DNA of 64,000 bases from Leptonemataceae bacterium. GTDB taxonomy: Bacteria > Spirochaetota > Leptospiria > Leptospirales > Leptonemataceae. The stretch covers positions 2,400,001-2,464,000 of the forward strand of contig OZ245742.1 of the NCBI GenBank assembly GCA_965227295.1. Reading direction: 5' to 3'. Positions 31,117 to 41,532 of the stretch are shown in pieces; within the stretch, counting starts at the first letter, position 1, and every line of letters starts with the position of its first letter. Below the pieces are notes generated by a model. It worked only from the letters and a program-made list of their open reading frames with translations. It had not been told where the DNA came from and searched no databases. The position numbers and the translations under genes are program-made.

Positions 31117-32037
31117 CTACGTTCGGGAGTCTCCTCCCTGAATTTCAGCTCTCAAGCGTGACGCATCCCGGGCGGGGGAAGCGCCGAAGAAGCGAGCGTA
31201 TTCCCGGGTAAACTGGGAGGCGCTTTCGTAGCCGACTTCTACGGCAACATGTGTTACCGGAATGCCTCCGAGCACCAACAGGCGCCTGGCCTCCAGCAGC
31301 CGCAGTCGTTTCTGGAATTGAAGGGGGCTCAGGCCGGTGATTTGTTTGAATCGGCGATGAAACGTCGTGACCGCCATGCCCGCCCTGGCTGCCAGACGTT
31401 TGATTTCCAGTGCTTCCGCGTAGTGACCGTGAATCCACTCCAGGGCCCTGTGGAGATTCGTTCCTCCTCCTTCCGCGAGGCAGTGTTGTCGCAGGCGCCA
31501 TCCCTGCGGGCCGGTCAGAACCCGGTACAGGATTTCGCGTTCATACGCCGGCGCAAGGCCGGGGATGTGTTCGGGTGTTTTTGTAAGTCGTAGCAAGCGC
31601 AGCCACGCATCGAGGAAGTCCGCCGTCGGTGTGCAGGCGGAGAAGGTTTCGATGGCAGCGCTGTCATCCCGGGAATCGTTCGAAAGATCTTTTAATAAAT
31701 CCAGAAGCGGAGGCCGTGTCAAGTTGAGGCCCAGCGATACGTACGGGAGGCCCCGCGGTCCCTGATGGACGCGTCCGGTTGCCGGCACCCGGGCGGGGAT
31801 GACGAAGTAGGACGGGGCCTTCAGCAGGACCACATCGGTGCCGATGGAAATCGTTTTCGCTCCCTGAACCACGAGTCCGATCATCGGTTCGTAAACGGCC
31901 GCGAGCTGGTGTTCGGGAACTTCACCGCGGATCATAACCACGCCGGGTAAACCGGTCTCTGTCGGTTCGGTGCCTGCTTCGATCGTTAGCCGGGCAATCT
32001 CGGCCAGGATATTCTGCATGTCTTGCGTCCGGCTCAT
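31117..32037 (-). CDS. AraC family transcriptional regulator (AraC_N type)
   Basis: YEP...QGAK, REILYRVL.GPQG, SPLQFQK.LRL, VGYESASQFTREY; divergent from the SDR. Confidence 0.9.
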   Translation of the reverse strand: MSRTQDMQNILAEIARLTIEAGTEPTETGLPGVVMIRGEVPEHQLAAVYEPMIGLVVQGAKTISIGTDVVLLKAPSYFVIPARVPATGRVHQGPRGLPYVSLGLNLTRPPLLDLLKDLSNDSRDDSAAIETFSACTPTADFLDAWLRLLRLTKTPEHIPGLAPAYEREILYRVLTGPQGWRLRQHCLAEGGGTNLHRALEWIHGHYAEALEIKRLAARAGMAVTTFHRRFKQITGLSPLQFQKRLRLLEARRLLVLGGIPVTHVAVEVGYESASQFTREYARFFGASPARDASRLRAEIQGGDSRT

Positions 32038-32198
32038 GAAAGGACTACGGGTCGCGTAATCAAATATAGAATGAATCCGCCCGGAAGCAAAATTTGTACG
32101 GAGTATGATCGGGCAAGAATAAAGCAGGATCGGATATTGACCGGCCTGTAAAAATCAAATAAGACTGTGGCTACAATGAATGATTACAGGAGCCAAAC

Positions 32199-32957
32199 AT
32201 GAAAGTAGCCATTGTTACGGGGGGAAGCAACGGGATCGGGAAAAGCACCGCCCTGGAGCTGGCACGGCACGGAGTCGGAGTCATCCTCACCTACTATGCG
32301 CATAAGGAAAGCGCCGACGATGTCGTTCGTGAAATCGAAGGATTCGGTGCCGCGCGAGCGACGGCGCTGCCGCTGGATCTGAGTCAAAAATCGAGCTTCG
32401 CGACGTTCGTCCGCCAGGTGAGGGAGCGTCTGGAAGAAATCTGGCAACGGACGACTTTCGACTATCTGGTGAACAACGGCGGGACCGGCGGCCCCATGAT
32501 GTTCTCGGACATGACGGAGGCGTACTTCGATCGAATCCTCCATACGAACTTTACGGGCCCCTTTTTCCTGACACAAGGCCTTGTCGCGTTTATGGAAGAT
32601 GGGGGACGCATCGTAAACACCTCCAGTTCGTCGCACAGCGGACCTGTTTTCCCGGGCTACTCCGTGTACGGGCCGGCCAAGGCGGCTCTTTCCGCCTGGA
32701 CCCGTTACCTGGCAAAGGAACTCGCACCGCGCAAGATTCGCGCGAACGCCATCTCGCCCGGCCCCGTGCACTCGAACTTCGGTGACGGAGCCTTCGACAA
32801 ACATCCGGAGTACATTCAGCCGCTGGCCGATCAGACGGCCCTCGGTCGCATTGGTCGACCCGAGGACGTCGCCCGGGTGATCGTCAATCTGTTGTCCGAC
32901 GACTTCGACTGGGTGACGGCGCAAGACCTGGAAGTCTCCGGCGGCTTTCTTTTGTAG
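32199..32957 (+). CDS. Short-chain dehydrogenase/reductase
   Basis: TGGSNGIG, LVNNGG, YGPAK, NAISPG, VSGG. Confidence 0.92.
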   Translation: MKVAIVTGGSNGIGKSTALELARHGVGVILTYYAHKESADDVVREIEGFGAARATALPLDLSQKSSFATFVRQVRERLEEIWQRTTFDYLVNNGGTGGPMMFSDMTEAYFDRILHTNFTGPFFLTQGLVAFMEDGGRIVNTSSSSHSGPVFPGYSVYGPAKAALSAWTRYLAKELAPRKIRANAISPGPVHSNFGDGAFDKHPEYIQPLADQTALGRIGRPEDVARVIVNLLSDDFDWVTAQDLEVSGGFLL

Positions 32958-32969
32958 GAAAACCGGCCC

Positions 32970-33407
32970 CTACAGCGTTTGCAAGTATCCGAAAAACAGA
33001 ACGGCGAATCCGCCGATCTCCGCCAGGATCAAGAGCAGCATCGAGCCGTGGATCATCACGGCCGGCAACCGGACGGGGCCCAGCACGTACGGTTTTCTAA
33101 ACTGATTGTCCGTATCACCTAAGACCGCGTGCACGAGATACGTCAATTGCGCAAACGCGAAAAAGGCGAGCACCGCGGCGGCCGACCAGAAGCGTACGCT
33201 CTCGGAGTACGGGTTTAACTCGACGAACCGGGCGAGCAACAGCGCGGCGAAGCTGTAGAGCAATGCCGCGCGATGCAGCACGCTCACGTACTCCGGGGCC
33301 ACGGCCGTCGCGCTGCGAACGATGCCGGCGTACTTGCCGATCCCGCTGATCAATCCCACCAGAAAAAAGACGCCCGCTGAAACATAACAGAGTTCCAATG
33401 CACTCAT
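32970..33407 (-). CDS. Hypothetical four-TM membrane protein
   Basis: Four hydrophobic helices with His residues (HRAAL, HAVL, HGSM); GAGG upstream. Confidence 0.65.
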   Translation of the reverse strand: MSALELCYVSAGVFFLVGLISGIGKYAGIVRSATAVAPEYVSVLHRAALLYSFAALLLARFVELNPYSESVRFWSAAAVLAFFAFAQLTYLVHAVLGDTDNQFRKPYVLGPVRLPAVMIHGSMLLLILAEIGGFAVLFFGYLQTL

Positions 33408-33473
33408 AAACACCTCGCATGATTTGTAATTCGTTGCGAGTTTAACCGATTGAGCCGGTCGTGTCGTCCTGAT

Positions 33474-34595
33474 CTATAATCCGGCACCGCCGCTCCGGCG
33501 ATAGGCTTGCGGTGTAACGCCGAATTCTTCGCGAAAGGCCCGGTGAAAAGCGGACTTCGACTGGAAGCCGACCGCCATGGCGACGGACAGCACGGTGCGT
33601 TCCGGTTCTTCACGCAGCATTGTCGCCGCCGCGTGGCTGCGGTGTCGATTGACGAAGCCCGCAAAGTTCAGTTGCAGATGATCGTTCAACAATTCCGAGA
33701 GCTGGTGCGCGGACAGGCCGCAGGCTTCGGCCAGGCGTGCGAGGCGCAGGTCTTCATCGGCGTAGTGTTTTTCCTCGATCATCAATCGATCCAGCTCATC
33801 GAGCACGGCATCCACCCGCACGCCGCTGAGTTTGCTGCGGGCGTACCGTGTCTTTGCCAGGGCCTGTTCGAATTCCAGGAGCGCGGCGGGGCGGCGTCCG
33901 GAAAACCAGAAGACCAGGACCGCGACGACGGCGTGGGACCAGGCGCTGCTCCGAAACAAGAACGGCACTCCGAAGAGATAGCCGGTGATGTCCGCGACGA
34001 TCATGAGCCAGACGTAAGCGAGCAAGATCCGCGCAAACCAGCGTAACTCGAAGTCCAGCGCATCCGCGGCGTTCACGCCTTCGGCCTGCCGACGCAACGG
34101 AATCCAGAGCGCGTAGGCCAGGATCGAAAGTTTCGGGCCGATCACCCACAAGAGCAGGAGCCAGTCCGCCGACGAACGCTCCACCGGTACGGAGACAGGC
34201 AACCGGTGCAGCAGTTCGATTTGTTCCGGAGCGGATACGGCGAGCCAGGCCGGTACCGGCAGAACGGCCAGGATCGGCAGGAGCCAGTGCCACCATCCCG
34301 GCCGTCGCTGCTCCTGCGATGAAACACCGATGCGGCTGTAATAGAAATAGAGGATCGGCCCGATCGCATATAACAAAGGGACGGGTGCAACAAACCACGC
34401 GGGAGCGAGCGCGACCAGGCCGGAGAGACACCAGGCCTCCCAGGTCAGACGCACTCCGGAAATCAAAACGAAGGCCGTGCCGGCAACGGGTACGCTCCGT
34501 CCCGGCGGGCGCAGCGTGAGCCCGATGCCCCACACGAGACAGAACACACCGCCGAATCCGATCAGTGCGAAATCAAAAAGCTGCGCCGACGACAT
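33474..34595 (-). CDS. Membrane-bound AraC family regulator (about 7 TM + HTH)
   Basis: Multiple TMs, then YARSKL, DEDLRLARLA, HQLSELLN, GFQSKSAFHRAF, TPQAYR. Confidence 0.85.
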   Translation of the reverse strand: MSSAQLFDFALIGFGGVFCLVWGIGLTLRPPGRSVPVAGTAFVLISGVRLTWEAWCLSGLVALAPAWFVAPVPLLYAIGPILYFYYSRIGVSSQEQRRPGWWHWLLPILAVLPVPAWLAVSAPEQIELLHRLPVSVPVERSSADWLLLLWVIGPKLSILAYALWIPLRRQAEGVNAADALDFELRWFARILLAYVWLMIVADITGYLFGVPFLFRSSAWSHAVVAVLVFWFSGRRPAALLEFEQALAKTRYARSKLSGVRVDAVLDELDRLMIEEKHYADEDLRLARLAEACGLSAHQLSELLNDHLQLNFAGFVNRHRSHAAATMLREEPERTVLSVAMAVGFQSKSAFHRAFREEFGVTPQAYRRSGGAGL

Positions 34596-34754
34596 GTTTA
34601 GTGGAAGGTAGCCAACAGTGATCTCAGAGAGCAAGCAGGGTTCCTTGCAAACATCCCAGGCCCGTAAGCTCTAATTAAATTCTAGTACGGGCTACCGTAT
34701 AAAGAAACACATTAAAACTTGATCAAATTTCGCCGGGATGTTAGCTCTAGTATC

Positions 34755-36440
34755 ATGTCAAGGGAAGGTCGCCGGGCGGCCGTTCGTTATACGATCCTCT
34801 ATTTAGTTGCGGCCTTCGCATGGATCATTATCGGAGACCAGGTGCTGGAGCACCGGGTGGGCGCTCATGAGAATTCCAGCCTCAATGTCACGAGCTTTCA
34901 AACTCTGAAAGGCGGCCTCTTCGTGCTCTTAACGGGGATCGGCCTGTTCGTACTGTTTCACCGCGCCCTGCATCGGGAAAGTCAGCTCCAGAGGACCATG
35001 CGTCTGCTCCTGGAAAACGCGAACGATTTGATCTTTCGTTATCGTCTGCAACCGGACCGCGGCTTCGAGTACGTCAGCCCGGCGTGCCTCGCCATTACAG
35101 GCTACACCCAGGAAGAGTATTATGCCGATCCGGGACTCGGAGACAGGCTCATTCATCCGGACGACCGCGGTCTTCTGAAAAATTTAGAAGACAACCTGGA
35201 GCGGCCCGTGGTCTTGCGCTGGATTCGTAAGGACGGTTCCATTGTGTTTACCGAGCAGGTCAGCCACGGTGTGCGGGATGCCGACGGAGCACTGGTCGCC
35301 ATTGAAGGCGTCGCCCGGGATGTGAGCGAACGGATTCAACAATCTTACGAACTGCACGAAAAGGAAATGCGTTTCCATGTGGCGGTCAGTAATTTTCCGG
35401 ACCCCTTTCTGATCTACGATGGTTCCCGGCGCATCATTTTCGCCAACGCGGCTCGTGAGAATCTCAGCGAGACCGTTATCGAAGATCTCCTCTATCAGCG
35501 TGACGAGGAACTCTACGGCATGGAAAATGTGCAGGACTATGTCATCCTCCTGGAAGATGCTCTGCGCAGCCGTTCCATTCACGAAGCCGGGGTGACGGTA
35601 ACGTGGAACGATCGTCGGCATCGTCTGCATACCAGGGTTGTGCCCATCATCGAACGTGCACCGGAAAGGCGGGTGCGCGAACTTTTGGTCATCCTGCGGG
35701 ATATGACTGAGATGGAAATTATGCAGGCCCAGTTGGACCAGGCCGGTCGCATGGCCACACTGGGGGAACTGGCGGCGAGCGTGGTGCACGAGATCAATCA
35801 ACCTCTGTCCGTCATCAAAATGGCCGCGAACTTACTCGCCAACGAAGAACGGCCGAGCCCGGAGTTTGTAAAGGAACGCACTGAAAAAATAACGAATAGT
35901 GTCCGTCGCCTGGAGTACTTTACAATGCACCTCCGTCAATTCGGGCGCGTGGATACACAGCAACTGAAGAGCATGGATCTCGGCGAATGCGTGCGTTCCT
36001 CAATCCTGCTGGTCGCCGAGCGCATGCATTCTCACGCAATCACCGTACGCAATACTCTGCCGGAACGTACGTTTTTCGTTCACGGCGATCCGTTTCGTCT
36101 TGAGCAGGTGTTCGTAAACATTCTGCTCAACGCGCACGATGCCATCGAGGACAGCGAGGTCTCGCGGCGGGAAATCATCGTCTCCGGCGGCATCCAGGCC
36201 GGCGGCTTCATTGCCGTTCGCATTTTTAACTCGGGGCCGCCCATCACGCCGGAAGTTCACCGCCGGCTCTTCGAACCGTTCTTTACGACGAAAACGGAAG
36301 GCCGGGGCATGGGACTCGGCCTGTCCATCAGCTTTCGCATTGTGCAGGCTCACGGCGGTACGATCCGCGCGCTCGAACAGGATGAAGGCGCAACCTTTAT
36401 TGTGAGTCTGCCGCAAATTCTCGACACCGGAGGAACATAG
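34755..36440 (+). CDS. PAS-domain sensor histidine kinase
   Basis: 2 TMs, two PAS domains, H-box VHEINQP, N-box ILLNAHDA, FEPFFTTK, GMGLGL. Confidence 0.92.
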   Translation: MSREGRRAAVRYTILYLVAAFAWIIIGDQVLEHRVGAHENSSLNVTSFQTLKGGLFVLLTGIGLFVLFHRALHRESQLQRTMRLLLENANDLIFRYRLQPDRGFEYVSPACLAITGYTQEEYYADPGLGDRLIHPDDRGLLKNLEDNLERPVVLRWIRKDGSIVFTEQVSHGVRDADGALVAIEGVARDVSERIQQSYELHEKEMRFHVAVSNFPDPFLIYDGSRRIIFANAARENLSETVIEDLLYQRDEELYGMENVQDYVILLEDALRSRSIHEAGVTVTWNDRRHRLHTRVVPIIERAPERRVRELLVILRDMTEMEIMQAQLDQAGRMATLGELAASVVHEINQPLSVIKMAANLLANEERPSPEFVKERTEKITNSVRRLEYFTMHLRQFGRVDTQQLKSMDLGECVRSSILLVAERMHSHAITVRNTLPERTFFVHGDPFRLEQVFVNILLNAHDAIEDSEVSRREIIVSGGIQAGGFIAVRIFNSGPPITPEVHRRLFEPFFTTKTEGRGMGLGLSISFRIVQAHGGTIRALEQDEGATFIVSLPQILDTGGT

Positions 36441-36443
36441 AAT

Positions 36444-37193
36444 ATGGAATATGACACAATTTTAGTTGTAGATGACGAAGAAGACATCTGTTCCGAGTTG
36501 AATATTTTTCTTTCGAAACAAAAGTTCCGGGTGCTGACCGCGCTGAACGGAGAAGATGCCATGGAGCTCTTTCGCATCTATTCACCGGCCGTGACGGTTA
36601 CCGACTATCGCATGCCGAAGATGGACGGCCTGGAACTCCTGCAGCAGATCAAGGGCACGGCACCGCAGGCCGAGGTCATTTTCATCTCCGGTCACGCGGA
36701 CATGCGGACCGCGGTCCAGGCGATCCAGAAGCATGCCTTTGATTTTCTGTCGAAGCCTATCGATCTCGATGAACTGCACGCGAAAGTGAAGGCCGCCCTT
36801 GAGCGGGTCCGCAATAATGAACTGAATCATTCCACGTATCGCGGTACGGCGCTCACTCACGAGCGCTACGAAGTCCCCCACGACGCTTCCATTCTCTTTC
36901 TGCTGACGCCTCTCGACAGCAACCAGCGCCAGCGCACCATGCAGGAGTTTCAGAAACTCACGGAGCAACGCAAGCTGGGGCCGGCCGTGATCGTTTCCCT
37001 GGGAAGCGTCGAGTACATAAACAATGTGGGCCTGAATACGTTGCTCGATATTCAAAAAGAGTTGCAAAACGACGGCAAACGCGTGTTGCTCACTCAGCTC
37101 AGCCCGCGGGTCTATCAGTATCTCAAGACACTCGGCTACCATGAAACCTTCCAGATCACGCAAAACGTGGAGAGCGCTCTGGCCTTACTGTAA
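36444..37193 (+). CDS. Response regulator with C-terminal STAS domain
   Basis: VVDDE, TDYRMP, ISGH, KP; C-terminal LGSVEYINNVGL..VLLTQLSPRV..L..LG STAS-like fold. Confidence 0.85.
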   Translation: MEYDTILVVDDEEDICSELNIFLSKQKFRVLTALNGEDAMELFRIYSPAVTVTDYRMPKMDGLELLQQIKGTAPQAEVIFISGHADMRTAVQAIQKHAFDFLSKPIDLDELHAKVKAALERVRNNELNHSTYRGTALTHERYEVPHDASILFLLTPLDSNQRQRTMQEFQKLTEQRKLGPAVIVSLGSVEYINNVGLNTLLDIQKELQNDGKRVLLTQLSPRVYQYLKTLGYHETFQITQNVESALALL

Positions 37194-37944
37194 GCGCTCG
37201 TTCGTCGACGTTTTCATCCTGGCACTCTGCTGCGCAACCTGCGCGGCTCCCCGCGAGAACGAAACCGGGACGGCCCTCGAACTCTTCGCCATTTTGGGAG
37301 CCGTCACCGTCGTGCAGATCGCCGCCGCCAACGCGGCGCGAACCTGTTCGGAATCCAGCCGTTCGAATCAGTCTAACCTGGGCCGGCCGCGTATCGCGTC
37401 GCCGTCTTTCCGCGCGGAAGATTCCACCGCCCTCGTCATCGGCGACAGCACGGCGGCGATCGGTCTGTTCGTGTCGGGCCACTATTCGCAGTCCACCGAA
37501 GTGCTCGGCCTGCCCGGGGCGACGTGTTGTGATATGGCGGAGCAACTTCCGGCGGCGCAGGCTGCGGCCCCCGAGAAAGTGATGGTCTCCACCGCGTGCG
37601 GGAACGATATTCTGAGCGGCCTTTCCGGGGACCTCGTCGTTGCCAACGGACGTTATCTCTTTGATCAGGTGGCCGCGCGGTACGGCGGCGCACAGTTGGT
37701 CGGCGTGGCCATTCATCCGACGCTCTTCGATACTTTGAATGTGCGGAAGGAAGAGACCAACGCCGAACTCCGGGCCCACGTCGAAGGACTCGGCGGTTGT
37801 TGGATTCCCATGCTTTCGATCTTCGGTGTCAGCGCCGGCGAACGCGCTCCGGCATCGCTGATGCTCGACACGATTCATTACAACGAAACGGTGTACGCGG
37901 AATTAAGGACGGCGGCGGAGTCCTTGTGCGGCATGATTTTATGA
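37141..37944 (+). CDS. SGNH/GDSL hydrolase, probably exported
   Basis: Block I GDS, block II PGAT, block III GND, block V DTIH; start uncertain. Confidence 0.75.
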   Translation: MKPSRSRKTWRALWPYCKRSFVDVFILALCCATCAAPRENETGTALELFAILGAVTVVQIAAANAARTCSESSRSNQSNLGRPRIASPSFRAEDSTALVIGDSTAAIGLFVSGHYSQSTEVLGLPGATCCDMAEQLPAAQAAAPEKVMVSTACGNDILSGLSGDLVVANGRYLFDQVAARYGGAQLVGVAIHPTLFDTLNVRKEETNAELRAHVEGLGGCWIPMLSIFGVSAGERAPASLMLDTIHYNETVYAELRTAAESLCGMIL

Positions 37945-37953
37945 TTGATTTCA

Positions 37954-39681
37954 TCATCGTGTGATTCCCGCGCCCAGGTTGTCGCCGGCGGTTTCGCCGG
38001 TAAAGAACGCGTCCGGTGCGGCCAGCGAGCGACCGTCCAGGCCGGTGGCGCCTCCGTAAAAAACGTAGAGTGCCCCGGACTGCGCGCCGGCGAGATAGCC
38101 CTGGGCCGCCAGGATGGCGTCGCTGTAACCGTCGCCGTTCAGATCGACCACGTTCGCCACGCCGAAGCGGTCGTTGTTGTTCTGTCCGGTGAACGTAACC
38201 GACGCGGCGTTGCCCACGGTCCCGGAAGTCCGGGCGAACCCCGTGGACGATCCGTAAATGACGTACGTTTCGCCCACGACCGTACCGACTTCGCTCGCGG
38301 TCAGGGCGAGATCTTCGAAGCCGTCACCGTTGAAGTCACCGTTGTTGCCGAAGATCAAAAAATCACTCGCCGCGTTGCCGTCGTAGATGACGTCGGCGGA
38401 CGTCACCGAGTCCGTACTCCCCGCCGCGATGCCGCTCGTGCCGCCGTAGTAAATATAAGCGCGTCCCGCGGACGAATTGGCGGAGGGCGCCATGATCAAA
38501 AGATCGCCGTAGCCGTCGGAGTTCCAGTCCCCGCTCCCGAGAAAACGAGCAAACTCGTCGCCGGGATTCTCGCCGGTGAGCGCACCGTTCGCCTGTGCGA
38601 GGGCGTCACCGCTGCTCCAATTCGTCGAACTGCCGTAGTAGATATACGCGCGATCGCGGTTGGTGGCTCCGACCACAAGATCGTCGAAGCCGTCGCCGTT
38701 GTAATCATGGCTGTAGACGAAGGCCCCGTACTCGTTGCCCCCCGCTTCGCCGGTAAAGACGACGTCGGCCTGATCGCCGGCGGAAAGATCGAGGGACGCA
38801 AGACCGCTCGCGGTCCCGTAAAAGACATAGACCCGCCCCTGGGAGCCGTTGTATATCCGGGCTCCGACGGCAAGATCACGATGCCCGTCCCCGTTGAAGT
38901 CGCCGGTAGTATTCACAAAAGCGAAGTTATCGCCGGCGTTCTCTCCGGCGATGCTGACGTCCGGCGGATTCGTGCTCGTAGTGCCGCTGCTCAGTCCGCC
39001 GGACTTGCCGTAGTAGACGATGGTCCTTCCGCGGCCCGTACCGAAGTTGAACGCGCCGACCACGAGATCGCCGACGCCGTCGTTGTTCATGTCGTCAATG
39101 AGTGACAGGGCTCCCGGCAGGCCTTCCGTGGAGCCGGTGATGTTGACATCCGCCGCGGCGATGCTGTTGCTTCCGCTCCGTTGCGTTTCTGATCCGTAGA
39201 GTACGTATGCACGCCCGTTGCCGCCGCCGCCCGGATACGAGATGGCGCCCGTCAGGAAGTCTTCGTAGCCGTCGGCGTTGACGTCGCGGTACGGCGTTAA
39301 CTGAAGCGTCCTGGTTGTTTGCGCCGTGCAGAGGCCCAGGGAGTCGATGGCTCGCAACGACACGGAAACATTCCGGCCGGCGTTGCGCGGAACGGAGATG
39401 CTGTAGCTGCCGTCCGCGCCCGTGCTCGCCGCTTCGAACGCGCCCCCGTTAAACGAAGCGTACACCGTCGCGTTAGCCGCCGTGCCGCTGATGCGCCGGG
39501 CATAGAATGAACCGTTCGTCGCCGTGGTAGGAAACGTGCCGGTATCCGGCGGACAGACCTGATACAGGTACGCCGTGACGGCGGGATTGCAGAACCCGTC
39601 CGCGACCAGGCAATCGGCCTCTTGCGCGCGGCAGTGTACAAATGTAAACGTAATAGATATTAACAGCAGAATCAGTCGCAC
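37954..39681 (-). CDS. Integrin-alpha-like FG-GAP repeat lipoprotein
   Basis: Seven D(F/V)NGDGY.DL..GA / GRAY(V/I)YYG repeats; FVHC lipobox-like site; Ig-like segment before the propeller; GTG start inferred. Confidence 0.85.
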   Translation of the reverse strand: MRLILLLISITFTFVHCRAQEADCLVADGFCNPAVTAYLYQVCPPDTGTFPTTATNGSFYARRISGTAANATVYASFNGGAFEAASTGADGSYSISVPRNAGRNVSVSLRAIDSLGLCTAQTTRTLQLTPYRDVNADGYEDFLTGAISYPGGGGNGRAYVLYGSETQRSGSNSIAAADVNITGSTEGLPGALSLIDDMNNDGVGDLVVGAFNFGTGRGRTIVYYGKSGGLSSGTTSTNPPDVSIAGENAGDNFAFVNTTGDFNGDGHRDLAVGARIYNGSQGRVYVFYGTASGLASLDLSAGDQADVVFTGEAGGNEYGAFVYSHDYNGDGFDDLVVGATNRDRAYIYYGSSTNWSSGDALAQANGALTGENPGDEFARFLGSGDWNSDGYGDLLIMAPSANSSAGRAYIYYGGTSGIAAGSTDSVTSADVIYDGNAASDFLIFGNNGDFNGDGFEDLALTASEVGTVVGETYVIYGSSTGFARTSGTVGNAASVTFTGQNNNDRFGVANVVDLNGDGYSDAILAAQGYLAGAQSGALYVFYGGATGLDGRSLAAPDAFFTGETAGDNLGAGITR

Positions 39682-39737
39682 CGGGAAATTGCAGTCCGTG
39701 CAAGCCGGGCGATCAAGGAAAAAATTATCGTATTGAA

Positions 39738-40892
39738 TCAAACCACATCAAACACGATCAACGTTACATCGTCATAGAATCTTTCGCCGCCGGTGAGCCT
39801 GCGCAAATGCCGCAGTAACGTTTCCGTAAACTCATCCGGTGATAGGTCGCGATGTTCCCGAACGAACTCTTTGAGGCCGTCGTCGCCGAACAGGGAAATG
39901 TCCCCGGCGATTTCGGTGACGCCGTCGGTGTAGAGTACAATGCGATCACCGGCGTCCAGGTCCATCACCAGTTCCTGAAACTTCGGCGACGAGGCGATGC
40001 CGATGGGAAAACCCTTCGAGTAGAGTTCGAACATTTCATCGGTGCGCCGGCGATAGAGCAGCGGGCGGGTCTGCCCGGCCAGGGTATAGTAGAGCTTGCG
40101 GCGAGTCGGATACACGCGCACGTACAGCGCCGTTAAGAACATACCCTGCACGCTGTAGCGTAAGACCGTCTCGTTGATCACGCCCAGCAACGCCGGGCCG
40201 TCCTCGGAGAGGCCGATGTTATGTTGAAAGGCCATCTTCGTGACCGCGGAAAAAAACGCGCCGGGAATGCCGTGACCGCTCACGTCGGCGAGCAGAATGC
40301 CGAGCATCTCACCGTTCTCCGCTTGCGGCGGGCGCTGGATAAAATCAAAAAAGTCGCCGCCCACTTTGTCCATGGGAATGTACTGCGCGACGAAGTCCAG
40401 ACCCGGTATCTGTGGATGAAAACCGGGCAGCAGCTTGTGTTGCAGCTCGCGCGCCATGTCCAATTCGCTTTCAATGATGCGATTGCGTTCGGCGAGCAGT
40501 CGCCGGTACTCGGAGATGCGAATCAACGACGCCACCCGCGCGATGAGCTCCCGCGGATCGAACGGCTTGGCGATGTAGTCGTCCGCGCCGTGCTGCAATC
40601 CCTCGAGCTTCGATTCGGTTTCCGTTCGGGCCGTGAGCATGACCACCGGAATCGCCTGGAGGTACGGGTCCTTCTTGAGTTCGCGGGTCGCCTCGTAGCC
40701 GTTCATCTCCGGCATGAGCACGTCCATGAGGATCAGGTCCGGGCGTGCGCTGCGGGCCAGGCCGAGGCCCTCGCGACCGTTCTCCGCCGTGAGCAAAGTG
40801 TACTCCCGGCCCAGCAGCTTTTCGATCAGCATGCGCATGTCCGGATTGTCATCCACGACCAGGACGGTGGCCTTAGCTTTTTCTGTTTTCAC
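39738..40892 (-). CDS. REC + PP2C/SpoIIE (RsbU-like) phosphatase
   Basis: VVDD, MDVLMP, KPF; GGDFFD, ADVSGHG, LYTDG, DDVT. Confidence 0.92.
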   Translation of the reverse strand: MKTEKAKATVLVVDDNPDMRMLIEKLLGREYTLLTAENGREGLGLARSARPDLILMDVLMPEMNGYEATRELKKDPYLQAIPVVMLTARTETESKLEGLQHGADDYIAKPFDPRELIARVASLIRISEYRRLLAERNRIIESELDMARELQHKLLPGFHPQIPGLDFVAQYIPMDKVGGDFFDFIQRPPQAENGEMLGILLADVSGHGIPGAFFSAVTKMAFQHNIGLSEDGPALLGVINETVLRYSVQGMFLTALYVRVYPTRRKLYYTLAGQTRPLLYRRRTDEMFELYSKGFPIGIASSPKFQELVMDLDAGDRIVLYTDGVTEIAGDISLFGDDGLKEFVREHRDLSPDEFTETLLRHLRRLTGGERFYDDVTLIVFDVV

Positions 40893-40893
40893 C

Positions 40894-41520
40894 TTAGAGT
40901 TCCTGGCGGGAGCGGATGCTGCGCGCGAGCGTGCTGCGGTCGGCGTATTCGATGGAAGCGCCGGTGGGCAGGCCGTGGGAGATGCGTGTAATGCGGACGT
41001 CGCCGGCCGCGGTCAGGCGTTCGTGGATGTAGTGGGCGGTGGCGTCTCCTTCCAGCGTCGGATTCGTGGCGATGAATACCTCGGTGACGGGCGCACTGTT
41101 CGTTGCGGTCTCGCCGCCGGAGCGATCCTGGATGCGTGCAAAGAGTTCGTTCAGGCGCAGGTCTTCCGGGCCGATGCCGTCCAGCGGGGAGAGGGCGCCC
41201 AGCAGCACGTGATACACGCCGCTATACTCGCCGGTTTTTTCGATGGCGAAGATGTCTCCGGGTTCCTCCACCACGCAGAGGGTGCCGTGTTCCCGGGCGG
41301 GGTTGGCGCAGATGTAACACAGCCCCGGACTTTCGGAGAGGCCGCCGCAGTCCGTGCAGAAGTGCACGTTGGATCTCAGTTCACGAATGGCGTCGCTCAA
41401 CTGGCCGGCCTGGAGTTCTTCGCTTTTTAAGATATGAAAGGCGATGCGCAGGGCGCTCCGCTCGCCGATGCCCGGGAGCGTCGTTAACATACGCACAAGT
41501 TTCTCTAAGGCCGGGAACAT
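40894..41520 (-). CDS. recR: Recombination mediator RecR
   Basis: LPGIG..SA.R, C4 zinc finger, YHVL.G.LSPLDG, ATNPTLEGDAT, EYAD. Confidence 0.96.
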   Translation of the reverse strand: MFPALEKLVRMLTTLPGIGERSALRIAFHILKSEELQAGQLSDAIRELRSNVHFCTDCGGLSESPGLCYICANPAREHGTLCVVEEPGDIFAIEKTGEYSGVYHVLLGALSPLDGIGPEDLRLNELFARIQDRSGGETATNSAPVTEVFIATNPTLEGDATAHYIHERLTAAGDVRITRISHGLPTGASIEYADRSTLARSIRSRQEL

Positions 41521-41532
41521 AATCGTCGCCGT

